From IMG/VR virus record IMGVR_UViG_3300025635_000023: a stretch of 64,000 bases of DNA; one strand, 5' to 3'. Source of the stretch: an uncultured virus (IMG/VR IMGVR_UViG_3300025635_000023) (Duplodnaviria; Heunggongvirae; Uroviricota; Caudoviricetes). Shown one piece after another: positions 27,639 through 35,164 of the stretch. Both the position numbers and the translations under genes were made by a program. The notes under the pieces are model-generated. The model was not told the DNA's origin. It did no database searches and saw only the letters and a program-made list of their open reading frames with translations. Positions within the stretch are counted from its first letter, which is position 1, and every line of letters begins with the position of its first letter.

Positions 27639-28004
27639 TTAATATTGAACAAGACCGCGAACGGCGACGATACGACCGTCTTCACGAATGGCAGTAGGGC
27701 CAGTGTCTGGTGCATACACATCCAAGCGTGCACTGGCGGCGGGTGTATTGGCCACCATCGCACTCACCAAATAGATAAGGTGCGGGTTCTCGGGGTCAAC
27801 TGGAGGCAATCCCTCCACTTCACCGTACACCGGATGCGACACGGGAATCAGCAACCATTCATCATCGATCTCAATCTCGCACCCATCAATAGGAAACGAT
27901 TCCTGTGTCACACGAGCAACCGTGCCTGATTTAGGAATGGTCACACGCGTACCGTTTTCGAGTTCGATATCGATATCGTGTGGGGTTAAGTTAATAAAGT
28001 TCAT
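27639..28004 (-). CDS. Conserved viral hypothetical protein
   Basis: INLTPHDI...VARV...GLP...LVSAMV...APDTGPTAIR. Confidence 0.7.
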   Translation of the reverse strand: MNFINLTPHDIDIELENGTRVTIPKSGTVARVTQESFPIDGCEIEIDDEWLLIPVSHPVYGEVEGLPPVDPENPHLIYLVSAMVANTPAASARLDVYAPDTGPTAIREDGRIVAVRGLVQY

Positions 28005-28182
28005 TCAATTCTCCTTGACGTACATGTTCAGTATGCTTCAAGTACAAAAGACGCGTGAGTAGTTCGAGGCGGTCGAGTAACGTATCTAGGCGCGCACCAG
28101 CAGCTAAACTGACGTCATCTGTACCCAGTTCCGCTTCGATTTTTTCCTTGATCTCACCAAACTCATTCTCTAACTGAGCCAT
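27991..28182 (-). CDS. Small hypothetical protein
   Basis: GGGAG RBS; overlaps the next gene. Confidence 0.55.
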   Translation of the reverse strand: MAQLENEFGEIKEKIEAELGTDDVSLAAGARLDTLLDRLELLTRLLYLKHTEHVRQGELNELY

Positions 28183-28202
28183 AACAGCTCCCTTCGTTTG
28201 TA

Positions 28203-28265
28203 CTGGGTGTGCAAGAGACCAGCTCTTGAATCGTAATGTTTACATTGTGTTGCAGGACACACCCA
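28203..28265 (-). ncRNA. Stem-loop unit 5 of the CAGCA-type hairpin family
   Basis: Minus strand TGGGTGTG-TCCTGCAA...CACACCCA-G. Confidence 0.55.
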
Positions 28266-28275
28266 AATAAAGACT

Positions 28276-29715
28276 CTATTGCCAGTCGTAGCGTTCCTTC
28301 ATAATTGCGGCCAGCATCACGGACTCTGAAGTGAACGACTCGAGCGAATTTGATAACACAATCGACAACAGCATTGGCGAAAATCCACTGATCATGGTCG
28401 TACCACTCTCGTCAAATTGTACTGCCTTATCGAGACTCCGTGTTGCGGCGTTGCTCAGATTCCAGAACACCACGTTTGGTAGTGCATAGCCAGCTTGAGC
28501 GTACATAGCACGGAGCACGTCTATTGCGCGAGCATTTGACGACACGTACGTTGCTTGATCAAACTGCATGTCCGACAGAATCAGCAACGTCTGAGGCATT
28601 TCCTCGGCAGGAACTTGACTAGTCGTCGCGACTTCCAAGATACGTGCAAATGCCTTCTCAATATTAGTTGACCCGTGCCACTGAGCACGGACTAACTGCA
28701 TATACTTGCTGACAATGTTCCCTTGGAGCAATTGCAGTTGCGGCTCACTCGTGAACGTCATAAACATGTCCTTGAACGCACCCTGATTTTTATCTGAGAG
28801 ATAAAGACCAAGTGAAACTGCAACATCAAGTGCGGTCAGATTCCCTGCACCAAGTGTGTGTGCATCCATTGAGCCTGATACGTCGACCAGTGGAAGCACA
28901 CGCGCATCGCCAACATAGTTGGGAAGTGCTTCCCATTGCGCGGTGATGAAGTTCAGCTCAGCTTGCGACAGCGGAGATGAATTGTACTTATTCTCCGAAA
29001 GTGAGCGTACGACATCATGTGGAAACACAGCTGATGCGTTTACTTTAACGCCCTCTTCTTTGTTCTGCAGGGCTTGTACGTATGCGGAGAATTTCTCCTG
29101 CGCGTTACGATAGAATGCCTTGCGGTACCGCGCTGCGGCAACCGATGGTACGTGTGAAAACTCAATGTCGTTCCATTGTTTGGCACACATTTTTGTTTCC
29201 ACTACGTTGGTCAACGATACCAGCAGCTTGCGGTACGCTTTTGGCCCCAGCCTGAGAAAAGAGCGAAGTTCTTCTGCCTCAGTGCCTTTGCGTGGCATCC
29301 ACTTTGCACACAAACGATCTTTCTGTTGAAGACCATTGGCGATCATGGTAAACGCAAACTTCTTGCAGATATCCGTGCGGAATACCAACAAGTCGTCCCA
29401 GCGACCGAGTTCAGGCACACGCTGCGCGAGTGCAATTGCCTTGTATGGATCGATTGTTTCGAGAAGGCGCAGGATCTTGCGGAAGAATTCCCGCTCTCCT
29501 GCCCCACCACGAATGTCACGACCCCACAACGCAATACGCATTGCGTAGTCAGCGTTTTCCTCCAAAGCAGCAACAAAGGCTGCAGTGATGTCAGCATTAC
29601 GATATTCCCCAACACTTGAGAACAAGTCGACGCAGCGCTTGCCACTCGAAATGTAGGTAGCCATACCGTTTTCCGTCCGAGTCATTTGACTCTTAACTGC
29701 CTGTGCAAAAGTCAT
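28276..29715 (-). CDS. DUF2828-family protein (TROVE/Ro60-like helical domain plus vWA domain)
   Basis: TENG, RDIRGGAGER, GRWDDLL, AKWMPR, VETKMCAKQW, VPSVA, vWA MIDAS DVSGSM, STN, LSDMQFD, VFWNL, SGFSP. Confidence 0.88.
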   Translation of the reverse strand: MTFAQAVKSQMTRTENGMATYISSGKRCVDLFSSVGEYRNADITAAFVAALEENADYAMRIALWGRDIRGGAGEREFFRKILRLLETIDPYKAIALAQRVPELGRWDDLLVFRTDICKKFAFTMIANGLQQKDRLCAKWMPRKGTEAEELRSFLRLGPKAYRKLLVSLTNVVETKMCAKQWNDIEFSHVPSVAAARYRKAFYRNAQEKFSAYVQALQNKEEGVKVNASAVFPHDVVRSLSENKYNSSPLSQAELNFITAQWEALPNYVGDARVLPLVDVSGSMDAHTLGAGNLTALDVAVSLGLYLSDKNQGAFKDMFMTFTSEPQLQLLQGNIVSKYMQLVRAQWHGSTNIEKAFARILEVATTSQVPAEEMPQTLLILSDMQFDQATYVSSNARAIDVLRAMYAQAGYALPNVVFWNLSNAATRSLDKAVQFDESGTTMISGFSPMLLSIVLSNSLESFTSESVMLAAIMKERYDWQ

Positions 29716-29728
29716 ACTTCGCTCCTTT

Positions 29729-29975
29729 CAGGTTAACCCTTTTTCATGCTGTGTGTAACCTTGGTCTGGATGAGCCCGAGGGGATCCCCGGATAATTCAA
29801 GAATAGAGAATTGTGTGTAGGTTGCTGCACTCATCCAAATAAAACCGTATTCAATTGTCTGACTACCGTTGGTTCTACTAGCATAAGTAATTAATGAAGT
29901 GCTGTAGGTAGTCAATGCCGGATGCGCGTTATGAAACCCTTATTCATGTTGTTGTTGATGTGCTGTACGCATCCA
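29729..29975 (-). ncRNA. Array of four covarying stem-loops with conserved CAGCA motif (putative structured leader or ncRNAs)
   Basis: Units at 29918-29975, 29859-29914, 29766-29837 and 29729-29761. Confidence 0.65.
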
Positions 29976-29980
29976 TCTGT

Positions 29981-30009
29981 ATAATAACCGAAGTCAAACT
30001 ACTTGTCAA
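29981..30009 (-). promoter_or_regulatory. Sigma70-type promoter for the hairpin array and DUF2828 gene
   Basis: TTGACA-17 bp-TATTAT; first hairpin starts 6 nt downstream. Confidence 0.75.
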
Positions 30010-30205
30010 GGGAATTTTCGTCCGAAACGTGCAAATTCCCATACCCCTTGGCCAAATCGGCAATAACCTGCAGAACAAACTCGCGAGTGCCGATTACTTC
30101 GGTAACTTTTTCACCGTTCTCGTTAAGAATAGTAATCGTCTCGATTTTGTCCTTATTCCAATCAATCTGACGCTTCTTATTTGTATCGTTCCGCAAAGGT
30201 AACAA
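29999..30205 (-). CDS. Small hypothetical protein
   Basis: TTG start after AGGAG. Confidence 0.45.
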   Translation of the reverse strand: MLPLRNDTNKKRQIDWNKDKIETITILNENGEKVTEVIGTREFVLQVIADLAKGYGNLHVSDENSLDK

Positions 30206-30566
30206 GAGCTTCTCCTATTCTACGAATAACTTCGAGCGCAACTGATCTAGGTCGACGTCTCCACGAGATGTGTGAGTTCCATACACGCACTTCATACGAA
30301 AGGCAGCTATACGCCGCATGCCATGCATCTATCTTTGTACTAAACGAGTGAGTCGCCTCAAGAAGCGGCGGAAATGCTTCTGACTCTGGCCCAAACGTTA
30401 CATACCACCAGTATTGGCCGGTATTAACGTCGCGAATTACTTCAATAACAAACGGGGTACCGTGAATAGCCGATCTCTCACAATTACTGATCATACATAC
30501 TGTTCTCCTCTGATGCAATTCGCACCATGCACGCAATCGCGTCTTTCCGCGTCGCTGCGAATGCAA
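30177..30566 (-). CDS. Hypothetical protein
   Basis: Track ORF; true start probably near 30497. Confidence 0.5.
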   Translation of the reverse strand: MHSQRRGKTRLRAWCELHQRRTVCMISNCERSAIHGTPFVIEVIRDVNTGQYWWYVTFGPESEAFPPLLEATHSFSTKIDAWHAAYSCLSYEVRVWNSHISWRRRPRSVALEVIRRIGEALVTFAERYK

Positions 30567-30639
30567 CTACCTGACTAAACAATAAACCGCGTTGTACTAC
30601 TTCCCATCGGTTCTTGCCCATCCGTACAAAATAGCGCAT
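30484..30639 (-). CDS. Small hypothetical protein
   Basis: MRYFVR after a T tract and GGGGG. Confidence 0.5.
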   Translation of the reverse strand: MRYFVRMGKNRWEVVQRGLLFSQVVAFAATRKDAIACMVRIASEENSMYDQ

Positions 30640-30665
30640 AAATTCCCCCAAAGAAATAAAAAAAA

Positions 30666-30703
30666 GAAACCCAGTGCCTAGTATAGACGACTGGGTTTCT
30701 TTT
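30666..30703. terminator. Bidirectional terminator-like hairpin
   Basis: AGAAACCCAGT/ACTGGGTTTCT flanked by A and T runs. Confidence 0.65.
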
Positions 30704-30708
30704 GTCAA

Positions 30709-30972
30709 CTACCAAAACCGATCAAGCTGTTGGGTGTACATTTCAAACTCATTTCCAGTTGAAATACGCTCCCAATACAGAGGGTCAAAAGAATCAATGT
30801 AGATTTGCCAAACCATTATATTACCGGCCGTCATAGTAAAACCCAGACTACCGTGATGCCGTTCTATCCCCCGTAGTAACGCCTGAAGTGCAGTCATGTT
30901 CCAGCGGGATATGTCAATTTTTAGAGTAACTAGTGTCTTTTTAACGATTGAACGGGGTTGCGTAAGTTTCAT
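30709..30972 (-). CDS. Hypothetical protein
   Basis: Overlaps the end of the GT gene; GGAGG upstream. Confidence 0.5.
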   Translation of the reverse strand: MKLTQPRSIVKKTLVTLKIDISRWNMTALQALLRGIERHHGSLGFTMTAGNIMVWQIYIDSFDPLYWERISTGNEFEMYTQQLDRFW

Positions 30973-31630
30973 TGTGCGGTAGTCCTCCCCATTTTTGTAC
31001 GTAATATTCCATATTCTTCCGAAAGTTATGATGATGGATTGCTTTCTGCTCCGGGTTATACTTACCGAGTGTAGCAGACCCGGCGTGAAAAAAAGAAGGA
31101 CCCTCTAAACTATGCGGCAAAAATCCTTGTAACTTCATTCGCATAGCATAGTCGTTATCTTCGAAATATGCTGGCCAAAACTGCTCGTCAAACTCACCAA
31201 CAACGTCGTAGATCATCCGCTGCATCCCAAAAAGGGAAAACGCATTGTGCCCTGCGTCGCTAAAGCACACGAAAGGATGCGTATGTAATGCTTCAATAAC
31301 ACGCGCCAACGACCCGGGATCAAGAATAATGTCGTCGTTCGCGATAATCACTGCGTGGCATCCTTCAGCAAACGCTGTTTTACAAAGACGATTCCATCCC
31401 GGAGCAACACCTTCGTTTTTAGTTGAATCAGAGATAATCATGTTGTGCTTGTCTGCGACAGTAGTCATAATATCCCAGAGAGATTGCTGACTACCGTGAT
31501 ACTCAAGCTCGTGCGAATTATTGACATGCAGGTGTACTGCGTCAACAAGATCAAAGTTAACACTTGGTAAGTGCTTGTCAATAACCCACTCAAATTGATT
31601 TAGCGTAATAATGCCGTATCGTACCTTCAT
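30941..31630 (-). CDS. Glycosyltransferase family 2
   Basis: NEGVAPGWN, IIANDDI, VGEFDEQFWPAYFEDNDY, HAGSAT. Confidence 0.88.
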   Translation of the reverse strand: MKVRYGIITLNQFEWVIDKHLPSVNFDLVDAVHLHVNNSHELEYHGSQQSLWDIMTTVADKHNMIISDSTKNEGVAPGWNRLCKTAFAEGCHAVIIANDDIILDPGSLARVIEALHTHPFVCFSDAGHNAFSLFGMQRMIYDVVGEFDEQFWPAYFEDNDYAMRMKLQGFLPHSLEGPSFFHAGSATLGKYNPEQKAIHHHNFRKNMEYYVQKWGGLPHNETYATPFNR

Positions 31631-31643
31631 ACACACCCCTTTC

Positions 31644-32084
31644 TTAATTTTTCCAAACCGCTCGTCCTTTTTGGACGGTCAGCCATTTTGACCAACACGG
31701 ACGAGATGCTGACCAGTGCTGCCATCCATATCCATTGTCCCAAAGATAGATAAACGTTTGATACTGTACATACGGGTCGGCAACGTCCGCCGAGGGGTAC
31801 CGTAGAAATAATGCGTCACTAGTAATGCCAATACGCTTTGCTACTGGACGCATCACCCACCGGTCTTGACTATTCCAGACCCAGTAATTATTGAACTGAA
31901 AAGCCCCTCCATCAATGGTACCATCAACGTTTACATTAATTGCGGCCCAATTAAGCGACCCTAGTGTTATTGTATTACCGGATTCGCAGGCGGCTATTGC
32001 CTGTGCTTCGGGAGATATTTCTTCTACCCAGCATATTCCGGAAACACACCAGCTTATCACAATACTCGCAATAAAACTACTCAC
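31644..32084 (-). CDS. Lysozyme-like/transglycosylase-like protein
   Basis: IAACESG, DGGAFQFN, GWQHW; start uncertain (track ORF extends to 32159). Confidence 0.7.
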   Translation of the reverse strand: MSSFIASIVISWCVSGICWVEEISPEAQAIAACESGNTITLGSLNWAAINVNVDGTIDGGAFQFNNYWVWNSQDRWVMRPVAKRIGITSDALFLRYPSADVADPYVQYQTFIYLWDNGYGWQHWSASRPCWSKWLTVQKGRAVWKN

Positions 32085-32253
32085 GTTCTTTTGCCTTTCT
32101 ACGCGTCTTTCTAACGATGATAGACGGGTGTAATAACTTGGCAGCAGTACCATCGGCATTCAGTACCTCTGCGTGCTCTGTGTAAGTTTCAACCTCGACA
32201 AGACTTCCGTCGGTTCGTTTCGCCAACCATCGCTTGTAAAAAGGATTTTCCAT
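32077..32253 (-). CDS. Small hypothetical protein
   Basis: MENPFY after AAGGAGG. Confidence 0.55.
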   Translation of the reverse strand: MENPFYKRWLAKRTDGSLVEVETYTEHAEVLNADGTAAKLLHPSIIVRKTRRKAKERE

Positions 32254-32314
32254 AGGTCCTCCTTCATATAGACTCGTCTCAGAGTAACATATTTTCGACA
32301 AAAAGTAAAATAAA

Positions 32315-32350
32315 AAAAGTGACCTTTAGAAGTACCTAAAGGTCACTTTT
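32315..32350 (-). terminator. Terminator after the packaging/lysis operon
   Basis: AAAAGTGACCTTTAG/CTAAAGGTCACTTTT. Confidence 0.7.
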
Positions 32351-32355
32351 AAAAA

Positions 32356-32775
32356 TTATTCTATTTCTCGTACATTTACTTCTATTGACTTTTGAGTACT
32401 AGGATCTAAAATTTCAGTTGCAGTCTGTCGGTCAATTGTGGTTAAGTAAGGTATAATCTGATCCTTAATAATACTCACTAGCGCGGCTTGCGGGTTGAGT
32501 GCTTCTTCAAAAGCCATCATCTTAAGAATTGACCTGTATACAACCTGCGAAGTTGTAAATATAACTGTCAGGGACTCAAGCATTAAAGCCCCATCAAATG
32601 GACCACTGCCCATTTTAAGAATAGGGATAACACTCGAAGCTAGTACAGAAATACCAAACGCAATCATAAACTTTTGTGATGCTGACCAATGAACCTGCTT
32701 TAAAACAGAAACAGCAAATGGTATCATCACCCCCGTAATTAATTGAAAAAGTAGCTCCATTGTTTTTTCGTCCAT
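32356..32775 (-). CDS. Putative holin
   Basis: Two to three hydrophobic segments, downstream of the amidase. Confidence 0.6.
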   Translation of the reverse strand: MDEKTMELLFQLITGVMIPFAVSVLKQVHWSASQKFMIAFGISVLASSVIPILKMGSGPFDGALMLESLTVIFTTSQVVYRSILKMMAFEEALNPQAALVSIIKDQIIPYLTTIDRQTATEILDPSTQKSIEVNVREIE

Positions 32776-32776
32776 G

Positions 32777-33112
32777 TTAGACTCCTTTTTGTTTATTTAG
32801 TTGTGTAATCAGACTCTCGACTTGTTTTTCGAGATGCTGAATACGATCCAACATTGCTAACTTCTCGTTCTCAATTGAGACTATCTTTTGCTCGAGAGTT
32901 AGTTGTTTTTCACGTTCCTGAAGATTTAAATTTAATAGATCCTCGTTTTTCTTTCGTAACACTTGATTATCCTCCTCGAGTGTCTCGATACGTGAAAGTA
33001 AACTTTGCTGAAATTTATCAGCAGCATTCTGTGAACTTTTTTTAAAAGAAAACCAAGCAACAACTAGAGTAGCGACAGAACTTATTGCCGCATATAAAGT
33101 GGTCTCATTCAC
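32777..33112 (-). CDS. TM-anchored coiled-coil protein (lysis-associated)
   Basis: N-terminal TM segment followed by heptad repeats; between endolysin and holin. Confidence 0.6.
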   Translation of the reverse strand: MNETTLYAAISSVATLVVAWFSFKKSSQNAADKFQQSLLSRIETLEEDNQVLRKKNEDLLNLNLQEREKQLTLEQKIVSIENEKLAMLDRIQHLEKQVESLITQLNKQKGV

Positions 33113-33825
33113 ACTTCACCTCCAAGGGAAAGTAGCGAAGAGTGAACATACCCAAACCAATTACAGTAATACCATAAATTCGAGTTATTATAAATATCAC
33201 CTTCTACAGGTATTGAATTAACAACTACTTCCAAATTTTTTGGATACACTTGAATTATATTTGTTGAAGTTATTTGAGGAAACTGCCGCACATTGGCATT
33301 TGCAACAAGATTTGCATACCTGTGAGATTTTTGGTAATCACGTCTCCAAGAGGTAAACTGTAAGTCGGTAACTCCAGATGGGTCTATTTTTCTACCTCTC
33401 GGAACTGCAATGAGGCGATGCGTTACAATATCTAAATTAGCGTACACTCGACTCAATGCAGTAAGCGCTCCCCACATTTTACCCGTCCAGTAAATCTCAG
33501 CAGGTGAGAAATGTACTTCGACGCCAATAGCATAAAGATTACTATACTGTTCTTTTGCGACTTCTCCTGCGTGCCATGCAACATATTCTGCTGGGTCAAG
33601 GATTTGCTGAATTATACCAGTTTTAGAAATTATATAATGCGCCGATACATTCTTAGAATTTGCAAGGAACTTGACCTCGTTTTCAAATTTAGTACCTGCT
33701 TTTCCGTTTGTTGTGTGTACCACTAAAGATTGATAGGGTTGATTTGTTTTACGTAAACTATACCCCTGACCCGGCGGGAGAAGGAGATTCTTCTGGTAGT
33801 CCGGGTTGACTTGTATTAGACTCAT
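33109..33825 (-). CDS. N-acetylmuramoyl-L-alanine amidase endolysin
   Basis: VVHTT, VSAHYII, AWHAG, IGVE, THR, KIDP; SH3-like C-terminus. Confidence 0.88.
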   Translation of the reverse strand: MSLIQVNPDYQKNLLLPPGQGYSLRKTNQPYQSLVVHTTNGKAGTKFENEVKFLANSKNVSAHYIISKTGIIQQILDPAEYVAWHAGEVAKEQYSNLYAIGVEVHFSPAEIYWTGKMWGALTALSRVYANLDIVTHRLIAVPRGRKIDPSGVTDLQFTSWRRDYQKSHRYANLVANANVRQFPQITSTNIIQVYPKNLEVVVNSIPVEGDIYNNSNLWYYCNWFGYVHSSLLSLGGEV

Positions 33826-35161
33826 TTGACACCTCGAATTGAATTTTAACCTGCTCCTCTTCGTAGGTTGATCCATACAGTTGAGCAATTGTATCTTTCG
33901 ATATAGATCCTATTTGCTGCGCTTGAATTGCAAATTGAGTAAGTGCGGTCATGTCTTGAAACTGAATCGGTGAGAAATAAGGTTCAGGCCATTCGGAGAA
34001 GCCATTGCGGGCGGCAATATCTTCGTATAACCACTGAACCCATTGCAGAATACGCTCACGAAGCTCTGTTAACGTTGCTGTTGGTCCTAGGGATGCAATT
34101 CTACTATCCGACGAATTACTTCGAAGAGATTCACCCACGGTAAGAATCCGCGGGAATCCGAGTGCAAGAAAGATATCAGCGTTTGGTTCTGCATATTTAC
34201 CCTCATTTAGTAACGCATCGAGTGGTGGTAATACCCACTTGATCTCCACTGTGTGATTTGTAAACAAGTTAAATACACGATCTCCAGATGCCGCAGCATC
34301 TGTAATGGCTCGCTGCGTTGCTTCTATATCGTCCTGCGTTGCTGGGAACTGATCGCTACCTATCTTAATCTGTCGGAGTAATTCAATAGAACGCGACACA
34401 ATTGTCTGGTCCATAAGTTTTAAGTACTCTTTATGCTGCATCGCACGCAATGCGTTTTGAAGAAACGGTAATGGGTAATCGTTGTACGAAACAATATCGG
34501 CAAACAACGGTTTTTCTTCAATAGGGAAAAGTCGCTGACCTGCAAGTACCGCTTTAACATATGCCGGGCTTGTGCGCTGTAGTTCTTTAAAAGCGGCCGA
34601 ATCATCCGTACCATCACTACGCTTACCTTTAGAAGTGATGAATGTAGCTTCTTCGGGTGGAATTTCAATGTAAACTGCTCGCTCAAAACCATTTGGTCTT
34701 TTACGTAGCTTAATGTTTGCGGGATTTCGTACCCACATGCTGTCTGGTATTTCGACGCGCTTACGACCGAGTGAAGGGTCTAACCTATTCAGCATAATTT
34801 GTTTGTACGTGATACCGGGTACGGCCATACCGTGAATAAAATACTCAGTAGCCATATGTTTTAAAAAGGGTTGTAGTTTTCGAGCAACCGCATCATAAAA
34901 CTTTAAAACGGTTTGATCTTGATCTGTTTTACGATTTCGCAAACGTGTTATTGCAAGGTTGACCATACGATTTATCACGGTCCGCGCAATTGTGTCTCTC
35001 TCGTAAAAGTGACGACAGTACACGATAAGATCGTGATATTTATACTTCCGTGAATTATCAAAAGGAACCTGCGCCGGGTCATAGTACCCAACTGTATTCA
35101 AGTTGTACATGAATATAGGATTAGGTGTAAAGCTTGAGACCGCCTTAGTTAAGTTAGACAT
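33758..35161 (-). CDS. Portal protein
   Basis: 467 aa directly after the terminase; helical character; ISKDT near the C-terminus. Confidence 0.75.
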   Translation of the reverse strand: MSNLTKAVSSFTPNPIFMYNLNTVGYYDPAQVPFDNSRKYKYHDLIVYCRHFYERDTIARTVINRMVNLAITRLRNRKTDQDQTVLKFYDAVARKLQPFLKHMATEYFIHGMAVPGITYKQIMLNRLDPSLGRKRVEIPDSMWVRNPANIKLRKRPNGFERAVYIEIPPEEATFITSKGKRSDGTDDSAAFKELQRTSPAYVKAVLAGQRLFPIEEKPLFADIVSYNDYPLPFLQNALRAMQHKEYLKLMDQTIVSRSIELLRQIKIGSDQFPATQDDIEATQRAITDAAASGDRVFNLFTNHTVEIKWVLPPLDALLNEGKYAEPNADIFLALGFPRILTVGESLRSNSSDSRIASLGPTATLTELRERILQWVQWLYEDIAARNGFSEWPEPYFSPIQFQDMTALTQFAIQAQQIGSISKDTIAQLYGSTYEEEQVKIQFEVSNESNTSQPGLPEESPSPAGSGV

Positions 35162-35164
35162 AAA

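Noticed and set aside
29733..29915. 60-aa ORF across the hairpin array
   Set aside because: No convincing RBS; the sequence is better explained by RNA structure.
29729..29975. CRISPR array interpretation of the hairpin array
   Set aside because: No identical direct repeats; only a short motif and pairing are conserved, and no cas operon is present.
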